From contig JAQGDQ010000727.1 of NCBI GenBank assembly GCA_030141605.1, positions 1 to 64,000 on the forward strand: 64,000 nt of DNA, written 5' to 3'. Under the pieces are notes generated by a model, which had not been told where the DNA came from, searched no databases, and saw nothing but the letters and a program-made list of their open reading frames with translations. This DNA comes from Tubiluchus corallicola. Taxonomy: Eukaryota > Animalia > Priapulida. Made by a program: the position numbers and the translations under genes. Below, in pieces: positions 56,424 to 64,000 of this stretch; position 1 is the stretch's first letter; each line of letters starts with the position of its first letter.

Positions 56424-57760
56424 TAGAGCTTTTTCTTTTGTAAAGAACCTGTTATTTGAACTTTGAGTTTTTTTATTTTTCTTTTATCTGCTGATTTTAT
56501 TGTAAATATTATATCACCTATTGTAAGCTTTTCATTTACCTTAGGGATTTCCCCTTTGTTTTCTATCAACAATCCGGCAATGGTATCGGCTTCTCCTCGC
56601 TCTTTTTCAAAAACATCTTCGGGAATGCTTAGTATCTTGTAAAAGTCATTGAGGGGAGTTATTCCTTCAAATATATAGGTATTTTTATTTATTTTCTTAT
56701 ATATACCACCTCTATCATTCCGTTCATCATAAACATCCCCTACTATCTCCTCAAGTATGTCCTCCATAGTAACAATCCCCGAAGTTCCGCCATATTCATC
56801 TACTACTATTGCAAGATGAATTTTTCGCGTCTTAAATTCATCCAAAAGTGTATTTATCTTTTTAGTCTCAGGAACATAATAAGGCGGGCGAATAAGTGAT
56901 TGCCACCTAAACCGGTTTCCCTTAGATATATGTGGCAGCAAATCTTTACTATACAACACTCCCTTTATGTTATCAAAACTTTCAGTATACACAGGAATAC
57001 GAGAATATTGGGACTTTTTTATAACCTGCATCACTTCAGTAAAAGAAGTATTGGCATCTATCGCTGTTATATTGACCCGTGGGTTTTTTATTTCTCCCAC
57101 ATCAATACCATTAAATCTCACGATAGCTTCCAGAATACTTTTTTCTTCATCTGTTTCTTGCGATGTAATTTTCAATGCCTTGGATATTTCCTCTATAGAA
57201 GCTGTTCGTTTCTTTGTCAAAAACCTTTTATTGAGAAGAGCTGATATTTTAATCAACACCCTATTAAAAGGATTAAGCACCACCTGAAGAATATTAATAG
57301 GGTATACCATCAGAGTAGCAAACTTTAAAGCTAGGTGAGTAGCATAAATTTTGGGAATTATCTCTCCAAAAAATAAAATAAGAAAGGTAATAACTACTAC
57401 TTTAAAAGTAAATTCTAAAACCTTAGCATCGGCAAAATTGATAAGCGAAGAGGTGAAGTAGCTTGTTGTTATAACAATGGCGATATTCACAAAATTATTT
57501 GCAACAAGTATTGTAGCCAGAAGTTTTTCAGGAAATTTCAGCACCTTTATTATCAATGCACTCCTCTTATTGTTTTCTGATGCCTCTAACTTTTGTATAT
57601 GAGCAGGGGTAAGCGAAAAAAAAGCCACCTCTGAACCTGATATCAAAGCAGAGACAACAAGTAGCAAGAAGATAACAATCGCAGTAATTGTATGCGTAAA
57701 AGTAAATGCGTAAAAATGTACGTTATCTATATTGAATAGGCTGTTCAGCTCAATTTCCAA
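56423..57760 (-). CDS. gldE: Gliding motility-associated protein GldE (CNNM/CBS/CorC)
   Basis: SGSEVAFFSL, GEIIPK, VVDEYGGTSG; upstream of gldD. Confidence 0.92.
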   Translation of the reverse strand: MEIELNSLFNIDNVHFYAFTFTHTITAIVIFLLLVVSALISGSEVAFFSLTPAHIQKLEASENNKRSALIIKVLKFPEKLLATILVANNFVNIAIVITTSYFTSSLINFADAKVLEFTFKVVVITFLILFFGEIIPKIYATHLALKFATLMVYPINILQVVLNPFNRVLIKISALLNKRFLTKKRTASIEEISKALKITSQETDEEKSILEAIVRFNGIDVGEIKNPRVNITAIDANTSFTEVMQVIKKSQYSRIPVYTESFDNIKGVLYSKDLLPHISKGNRFRWQSLIRPPYYVPETKKINTLLDEFKTRKIHLAIVVDEYGGTSGIVTMEDILEEIVGDVYDERNDRGGIYKKINKNTYIFEGITPLNDFYKILSIPEDVFEKERGEADTIAGLLIENKGEIPKVNEKLTIGDIIFTIKSADKRKIKKLKVQITGSLQKKKL

Positions 57761-57790
57761 TCTTCAAGTATTTTTTATCTATTATTCGCT

Positions 57791-58207
57791 CTATATAGAC
57801 AATTCGTCCTCATTACTAGCAGCCATAGTTGAGCCTGTTTCTGCAATTTCCTCTATTTCTTCTTCTTTTTCTTTTCTTTTACCCAGTAGCTGCATATTTT
57901 CAGCATATATTTCTGTTATATTTCTTCTATTTCCTTCCTTATCTTCCCAATGACGTGTTTTTAATTTTCCCTCTACATACAATAATTGTCCTTTTGTAAC
58001 ATATTTATCAGCCATTTCCGCAAGCCCCCTCCACAAAACAACATTGTGCCACTCAGTTTTATCAGCTACTTTCTCTCCATCTTTTTTTGTATACCCTCTT
58101 TCGTGAGTTGCCACCAGCAAACTTGCAACTGCTATACCATTATCTAGATATCGTATCTGTGGAGTTTTTCCAACATTTCCAATTAAAATTACCCTGTTTA
58201 GCGACAT
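57791..58207 (-). CDS. ssb: Single-stranded DNA-binding protein
   Basis: LNRVILIGNVG, TEWHNVVLW, YVEGKLKTR. Confidence 0.96.
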   Translation of the reverse strand: MSLNRVILIGNVGKTPQIRYLDNGIAVASLLVATHERGYTKKDGEKVADKTEWHNVVLWRGLAEMADKYVTKGQLLYVEGKLKTRHWEDKEGNRRNITEIYAENMQLLGKRKEKEEEIEEIAETGSTMAASNEDELSI

Positions 58208-58883
58208 TATACTTAGTTTTTAGTTTTGTAACATATTAAAATCCCCCCTTATTCAAAATCAAACAGTAAAATTAAAATAGTAATTTATGTTTTCCAAATA
58301 TTTTTTATCTTTTTAATCAATATCCTCAACATATAATATAATTATTCCTTTACAAACAAATATTTAAAAGTAACTGCATATAATTTTTTGCATACTTTTT
58401 TTATCTTCGCAACTTATTGCTCTTTCTTTAGCCCGCTTTGCACTAAAAAGATGATAACCGCAAGGAATGTTAAGAAAAACATAATTACCTACCTGTGCCA
58501 ATTAAATTAGTGTAAAATCATATATTGTATAATAGTTATTTTCTTTTAAAATTTACAACTATGATGAAAAATGCAGAAAAAGAAATATTTACGGCCTTTA
58601 TATTGTGAAACTGATGGGAACAATTAGACAAAGAAAAATCAACTTTAATTTTAATGAACTTGCAAAAGACTTAGAATAGAATTTAGACCAAAATATGAGC
58701 TGTGCTGGTCAGGTTATTTTATCTAAAGAATTAAGAATTTTAATTTACTTTTAAAAACTTTGCTCCATTAAAAAAGTCAAATAAGATGAAGTATTCCAGA
58801 AGAAAAAGTTAAAAAAAGATATCAACTAAAAAAGATATCCAAACCTTGCCTTGAACTGATAATTAAGAATAAAAGCTAAAGTA

Positions 58884-60053
58884 ATGAAATATTTCTTTAA
58901 AAACACTGTAAAAGAAATATGTATACGTCTTTGGTTGCTTGCATCAATAGTCGCCCTTAGCTACTGCAATGCAAATGCCAAACAACCAAACAAAAACATA
59001 ATACTTGGTGTAGAGCAATTAGATGTCTATCTACCTCTTATACAAGGGAAAAAAGTAGGCTTGCTCATCAACCATACTTCTGTAATAAAAAATACCCACC
59101 TGATAGACACACTTCATTCTTTGAACATAGATATTCGTTATATCTTTGCTCCCGAACACGGTTTCAGGGGAAACCTCAAAGAAGGTGAAAAGTTTGAAAA
59201 CAGTATAGACCCAAAAACCAACATTCCCATCATTTCACTATACGGAAAAAACCAAAAACCCAACCAAAAACACCTTCAAAATATAGATGTAGTTATTTTT
59301 GACATTCAAGACGTAGGAGCAAGATTCTACACCTACATATCCTCTCTCTATCTAATGATGCAAGCACTTGCTGAAGCCAATAAGGAGTTGCTCGTATTAG
59401 ACCGCCCCAACCCTAATGGTGATTACGTAGATGGGCCTGTGTTGAATATGAAATTTCAGTCGTTTGTAGGTATGCTACCCATTCCCATAATCCACGGATT
59501 AACAGTAGCCGAGCTTGCAAGAATGATAAATGGAGAAGGTTGGTTAGAAGGAAAGAAAAAATGTAAATTTCAAGCTATAAAATGTCTCAATTATACCCAC
59601 AGTACGAAATATAGCCCTTCTATAAAACCCTCACCTAATTTGCCAAACTACACTGCTATTCGCCTTTATCCCTCGTTATGTTTTTTCGAAGCCACTCAGT
59701 TTAGTATAGGTAGAGGTACGCCTCACCCTTTCCAAATAATAGGCTACCCCAACAAGAGTATGGGCAATTTTACTTTTAACGTAGAAGATAAAACGGATAA
59801 GCATTATGGCGAAGACTTAAGAAATGAAATTAATAGTAAGTTTACATTAAAATACATCATAAGCTACTACTACAAGTTTGCCAACAAAGAAAAGTTTTTT
59901 ACTTCACCTTCTTTTATGGATAAACTGGCAGGTACAGACCTATTACGAAAACAAATAATTGCAGGCTATACTGAAGAGCAAATACGCGCCACATGGCAGG
60001 AAGATTTAAAAATCTATAAAAAATTGAGAGAGAAGTATTTGTTGTATGAGTAA
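58884..60053 (+). CDS. namZ: Exo-beta-N-acetylmuramidase NamZ (DUF1343)
   Basis: FAPEHGFRG, FDIQDVGARFYTY, LDRPNP, PSPNLP. Confidence 0.9.
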   Translation: MKYFFKNTVKEICIRLWLLASIVALSYCNANAKQPNKNIILGVEQLDVYLPLIQGKKVGLLINHTSVIKNTHLIDTLHSLNIDIRYIFAPEHGFRGNLKEGEKFENSIDPKTNIPIISLYGKNQKPNQKHLQNIDVVIFDIQDVGARFYTYISSLYLMMQALAEANKELLVLDRPNPNGDYVDGPVLNMKFQSFVGMLPIPIIHGLTVAELARMINGEGWLEGKKKCKFQAIKCLNYTHSTKYSPSIKPSPNLPNYTAIRLYPSLCFFEATQFSIGRGTPHPFQIIGYPNKSMGNFTFNVEDKTDKHYGEDLRNEINSKFTLKYIISYYYKFANKEKFFTSPSFMDKLAGTDLLRKQIIAGYTEEQIRATWQEDLKIYKKLREKYLLYE

Positions 60054-60116
60054 AATCAGAAAATACAAGATGTTGTCTTGGCTCGCATAATTAAAAATCA
60101 CAACAATACAAAAATA

Positions 60117-60150
60117 AGGGGCGTATCTTTATTTAGATAGATACACCCCT
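60117..60150. terminator. Hairpin between convergent namZ and kdgK
   Basis: aggggcgtatct...agatacacccct. Confidence 0.65.
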
Positions 60151-60176
60151 GCATTTTTACTCATATAGTCCTACTA

Positions 60177-61277
60177 CTACCTATCCACTCTAGCACTACC
60201 ACCACCTACAAGTTTTTCTACTTCATCCAAACTTGCCATAGTAGTATCACCGGGAGTAGTCATTGCCAAGGCTCCGTGAGCAGCACCATATTCCACTGCC
60301 TTCTTAGCATCGTTGAAGGTAATAAGTCCATATATCAATCCCGAGGCGAAACTATCTCCTCCTCCTACTCTATCCATTATTTCCAAGTCTTCTCTATGAA
60401 TAGCCTCATTTATTTTTCCTTCTGCCCAGCACAATGCACCCCACGAGTTCACAGTGGCTGTTTTCACCGTTCGCAAAGTAGTTCCAATAGCCTTAAAATT
60501 AGGATATGCCTTAGTGGCCTGCTCTATCATCTTTTTATAACCTTCAAGGTTGAGTTCTTTAAGATTGTCATCATTTCCTTCCACTTCTAAGCCAAGGCAA
60601 GCTGTAAAATCCTCCTCATTGCCTATCATTACATCTACATATTTGGCTATTTCCTTATTCACTTCTTGTGCTTTTTTATGTCCACCAATAGCTTTCCACA
60701 ACGAAGGACGATAATTAAGGTCATAAGAAGTAATTGTACCATACTTTTTAGCTGCTTTCAAAGCCTCTATAGTTACTTCAGGTGTAGTTGCAGAAAGTGC
60801 TGCAAAAATACCACCCGTATGAAACCAACGAGACCCTAACTTGCCAAAAATATAATCCCAATCTATATCACCTTTTTTCAGCTGTGAAACAGCCGTATTA
60901 CCTCTATCCGAAACTCCTTTTGCTCCTCTTATGCCATAACCTCTTTCAGTGAAGTTCATCCCATTTCTCACAGTTCGCCCTATACCATCATAATCATACC
61001 ACTTAATAAACTGTGTATCCAAACCTCCTTGCATTATAAGGTCTTCCACCAACATACCTACATCGTTCTTAGCAAGTGCTGTTACAATGGCTGCATCAAA
61101 ACCAAAACATTTTTTCAGCCCACGAGACACATTGTATTCCCCTCCTCCTTCCCAAGCCCTAAAATGTCGAGCAGTTCTTATTCTGCCTTCTCCTGGGTCT
61201 AATCTTAACATTACTTCTCCAAGTGAAATACTATCGTATTTACATTCTTTTTTTGACTTTACATTTAATACTCCCAT
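60177..61277 (-). CDS. kdgK: PfkB sugar kinase, 2-keto-3-deoxygluconate kinase
   Basis: GEVMLRLDPG, GGGEYNV, DLNYRPSLW, DRVGGGDSF. Confidence 0.88.
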   Translation of the reverse strand: MGVLNVKSKKECKYDSISLGEVMLRLDPGEGRIRTARHFRAWEGGGEYNVSRGLKKCFGFDAAIVTALAKNDVGMLVEDLIMQGGLDTQFIKWYDYDGIGRTVRNGMNFTERGYGIRGAKGVSDRGNTAVSQLKKGDIDWDYIFGKLGSRWFHTGGIFAALSATTPEVTIEALKAAKKYGTITSYDLNYRPSLWKAIGGHKKAQEVNKEIAKYVDVMIGNEEDFTACLGLEVEGNDDNLKELNLEGYKKMIEQATKAYPNFKAIGTTLRTVKTATVNSWGALCWAEGKINEAIHREDLEIMDRVGGGDSFASGLIYGLITFNDAKKAVEYGAAHGALAMTTPGDTTMASLDEVEKLVGGGSARVDR

Positions 61278-61413
61278 TTTAATTATATTATTTTATATGT
61301 TTTTAAATTTGTTGCAAAATATAAAAAATTATTATTCGTTTTTAATTAAAATTGTAAAAAATGGTCCCCATCATTTTCTTACCTTTGTTCTTCTTATTTT
61401 TAATATAGCAAAT

Positions 61414-62541
61414 ATGATAAGCAAAAATATAATTGATAAACTAAGACCCTACAACCATCAAGAAATGAGGGAGGTGCTAACAAAACTTTTGGAAGACACT
61501 ACCTTTATAAATATGTATCAACTACTATTTCCTGATGTTACAGTAGATACATTAAAAAAATCTTTTGCCTCCATCCAATCAGTATACGATTTTCAGAAAT
61601 CTATAATGATACCCATCTTAGATTGGATAAAGGTAAAAAGTATGAAGGAAATTACATTCTCTGGCATAGAAAATATTAGCAAAAACAAAGGCTATTTGTT
61701 CCTTTCCAACCACAGAGATATATTAATAGACCCTTCCTTTTTAAATTATACCTTAATGAAAAACAATTTTGATACCACAGAAATTGCTTTAGGTGATAAC
61801 CTGTTGGGACATAATTGGATAAAAAAAGTTGTAAAGCTAAATAAAGGTTTCATTGTAAAACGAGGGCTATCTCCCAAAGAAATGTTATTATTTTCCAAAG
61901 ATTTATCAGAATATATACACTATGTTATAAAACATAAAAAACATTCTATATGGATAGCACACCGTGAAGGAAGAGCCAAAGATGGTAATGATAAAACAAA
62001 CACAGGCTTACTTAAAATGTTGGGAATGAGTAGTAAAGATTTTATAACAGGGTTTTCCACATTAAATATTGTACCTTTAGCCATTTCTTACGAGTTTAAC
62101 CCTTGCGACATATTGATACTTAAAGAACTAATAATCAGAGCAAAAGGCGAAAAGTATGTAAAATCTGAAAAAGAAGACCTCGAAAATATGGAAGTAGGAG
62201 TAATGGGCTACAAAGGAAAAATGCACATCTCTGTTGGTTCCCCTATCAATAAAGAAATTCAACAAATAACAGGACAAAGCTATAATAAGAAAATGGACAA
62301 TTTAGCAAAGTTAATAGACAAACATATTCACCAACAATACAAATTATTCTCTTCTAATTACATTGCTTATGATGTATTAAGCAAGACCAATACATTTGAA
62401 AAGCAATATAGTTTAAAAGAAAAAGCAAATTTTATAAACGATGTAGAGAAAAAAATAGCTCATTACCCTAACGACAAAGCACTGGCAAAAAAACTACTGT
62501 TAGAAATGTATGCCAATCCCGTAAAAAACAAAGACGTATAA
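61414..62541 (+). CDS. Glycerol-phosphate acyltransferase family protein
   Basis: SNHRDILID, IWIAHREGRAKDGND. The true start is probably 61414, because the upstream part of the ORF overlaps kdgK. Confidence 0.88.
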   Translation: MISKNIIDKLRPYNHQEMREVLTKLLEDTTFINMYQLLFPDVTVDTLKKSFASIQSVYDFQKSIMIPILDWIKVKSMKEITFSGIENISKNKGYLFLSNHRDILIDPSFLNYTLMKNNFDTTEIALGDNLLGHNWIKKVVKLNKGFIVKRGLSPKEMLLFSKDLSEYIHYVIKHKKHSIWIAHREGRAKDGNDKTNTGLLKMLGMSSKDFITGFSTLNIVPLAISYEFNPCDILILKELIIRAKGEKYVKSEKEDLENMEVGVMGYKGKMHISVGSPINKEIQQITGQSYNKKMDNLAKLIDKHIHQQYKLFSSNYIAYDVLSKTNTFEKQYSLKEKANFINDVEKKIAHYPNDKALAKKLLLEMYANPVKNKDV

Positions 62542-62542
62542 A

Positions 62543-62573
62543 TGTGTAAAGGCCAAAGTGTTGCCTTTACACA
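62543..62573. terminator. Hairpin between convergent genes
   Basis: tgtgtaaaggc-caaagtgtt-gcctttacaca. Confidence 0.75.
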
Positions 62574-62586
62574 AAAAATACATAGT

Positions 62587-63153
62587 TTAAAACTTATATC
62601 CTACAGCTATGTGAATATAGTCTTCGGTAAAAACTTTTACTGGATCTGCAAAGTTGAACCCATAACGTACATCAAAAGTAAATTTAAGGAAATCTGCTCC
62701 AAGTCCTGCTTGCATGCTTATACTTGGAGAGTTTATGCTCTCTCCCACATCAATATTGTCATCAATATTGTGTTCTTTCACTTTGTCATCTCCTTTTAGA
62801 TAGAAAGAGAATACAGGTCCTGCCATTAATCTTACATTGAGTTTTTTCATATTAATCATACGCCAACCTACAAGAAGGGGCACATCTATCGCAGAAAGGT
62901 CTACCTCCGTTTTTCGATCATGAATAGTATATTCCGTTTTAGTGTTAGAGTAATACACCTCTGGTTGAAACAGCAAAACAGGTAAGTTAATTCTGACAAA
63001 TGCTCCAATAGCAGTCCCCGTTTCAGTATTACCACCAGCAGCATCTTGAAAGTTGGTAAAGTTAAGCCCTACTTTTAGCCCCTTATCAAAAAGCTCCGCA
63101 AAAGCATTGGTGCTTAAAAAAGCAATTATAACTAATAATGTTATTTTTTTCAT
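62587..63153 (-). CDS. Outer-membrane beta-barrel (porin/PorT-like) protein
   Basis: Signal peptide, GLKVGLN, QPEVYY, IDVPLLVG, C-terminal GYKF. Confidence 0.8.
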   Translation of the reverse strand: MKKITLLVIIAFLSTNAFAELFDKGLKVGLNFTNFQDAAGGNTETGTAIGAFVRINLPVLLFQPEVYYSNTKTEYTIHDRKTEVDLSAIDVPLLVGWRMINMKKLNVRLMAGPVFSFYLKGDDKVKEHNIDDNIDVGESINSPSISMQAGLGADFLKFTFDVRYGFNFADPVKVFTEDYIHIAVGYKF

Positions 63154-63201
63154 TTTTCTTATTTTTAAAAATTTATTTTTATGCAAATATATTATAATTA
63201 T

Positions 63202-63999
63202 TTATTTAACCCTTTCTGCAATAAACCAAGGATTTAAAAGATTTTTTTTGTTATACTCCAATGGTTTAGAAGTTCCGTGCTGCCTAACTGTTCCTCCTGA
63301 GTATTTGATAACAGCATCTCCCGCAGCAGTATCCCATTCCATAGTACCACCTAAACGAGGATAAATATCAGCAGTGCCTTCTGCTATTAGGCACAACTTT
63401 AATGAACTACCTTTTGACACAATACTAATGTCTCCATGCTCCTTTTCCAACTTTTCGTAATAATGCTTTGTTTCTTCCGTAAGATGAGATCTACTACCAA
63501 TCACTACTATTTTTTCGTTTCTTTCGACCAAAGGCAATTTTGTTCCTTTCGAAAGCAGCCTTTTCACATCAAGTTTATTAACATTGGTTACAGGAGCTGT
63601 TACTTTTAAGCTGCCTATACTTGCTGTTCCTATATATAAGTTTTCTGAAACAGGTGCATATATCACTCCAAGTACGGGGCGATTCTCGTATATAAGAGCT
63701 ATGTTTATTGAAAATTCATCGTTCTTTTTTATAAAGTCAGCAGTGCCATCCAATGGGTCAATCATCCAAAAATATTTCCATTCTTTTCTTTTTTGATATT
63801 TTGTATGAAAACCCTCTTCACTTAATATGGGATATTTTGTTTTTCTAAGAAGGCTCTTTATGGCTCTATTCGAACGCTTGTCTGCTAAGGTAATAGGAGA
63901 TTCGTCTTTTTTTAACTTAACAGATATATCCGGAGAATTGTACACTCTTAGTATAGATTTTCCTGCTTTTATTGCTGCTTTTACTGAGTATTCCAACAT
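63202..63999 (-). CDS. cysQ: 3'(2'),5'-bisphosphate nucleotidase CysQ (5' end possibly outside the window)
   Basis: SPITLAD, ILSEE, WMIDPLDGT, GSSLK, MEWDTAAG. Confidence 0.95.
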   Translation of the reverse strand: MLEYSVKAAIKAGKSILRVYNSPDISVKLKKDESPITLADKRSNRAIKSLLRKTKYPILSEEGFHTKYQKRKEWKYFWMIDPLDGTADFIKKNDEFSINIALIYENRPVLGVIYAPVSENLYIGTASIGSLKVTAPVTNVNKLDVKRLLSKGTKLPLVERNEKIVVIGSRSHLTEETKHYYEKLEKEHGDISIVSKGSSLKLCLIAEGTADIYPRLGGTMEWDTAAGDAVIKYSGGTVRQHGTSKPLEYNKKNLLNPWFIAERVK

Positions 64000-64000
64000 T

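Noticed and set aside
61087-61413. N-terminal extension of the acyltransferase ORF
   Set aside because: It overlaps kdgK on the opposite strand. A promoter motif at ~61380 and an ATG at 61414 indicate the real start.
31829-63796. Many short antisense ORFs within bacterial genes
   Set aside because: They are shadow ORFs opposite well-supported genes.

Overview
The window has two unrelated halves joined abruptly near position 30,835. Positions 1 to about 30,834 are repeat-rich animal (invertebrate-like) genomic DNA. This half holds a multi-exon SLC2A/GLUT-family transporter gene on the + strand: 10 well-supported exons at 3099-26024, a possible first exon at 2028, and about 483-494 aa in total. 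Its canonical glucose-binding residues are largely replaced. An intronless 841-aa cadherin-repeat gene is nested antisense in one intron. The introns also carry decayed LINEs with microsatellite tails, a solo LTR with heat-shock elements, a 5S-rRNA-headed SINE with a target-site duplication, piggyBac-, Kolobok- and hAT-like MITEs, minisatellites and one arm of a near-perfect 1.7-kb inverted duplication. The first two exons of a second, secreted-type gene lie just before the junction. Positions about 30,835-64,000 are gene-dense, intact Bacteroidetes DNA, starting in the middle of a polyprenyl synthase gene. It contains coaE, pyrE, metF, a methyltransferase plus HNH restriction-modification pair, a ClC channel, mdh, a PorE-like gene, topA, rmuC, smpB, lepA, a TolC-family gene, an ssb-gldE-gldD-PPTase-GGGP synthase operon, namZ, kdgK and cysQ. 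The junction is either a host-symbiont chimera (assembly or concatenation artefact, which I consider more likely) or a very recent large bacterial insertion into an animal intron. All calls were made by eye; no database searches or computations were run.
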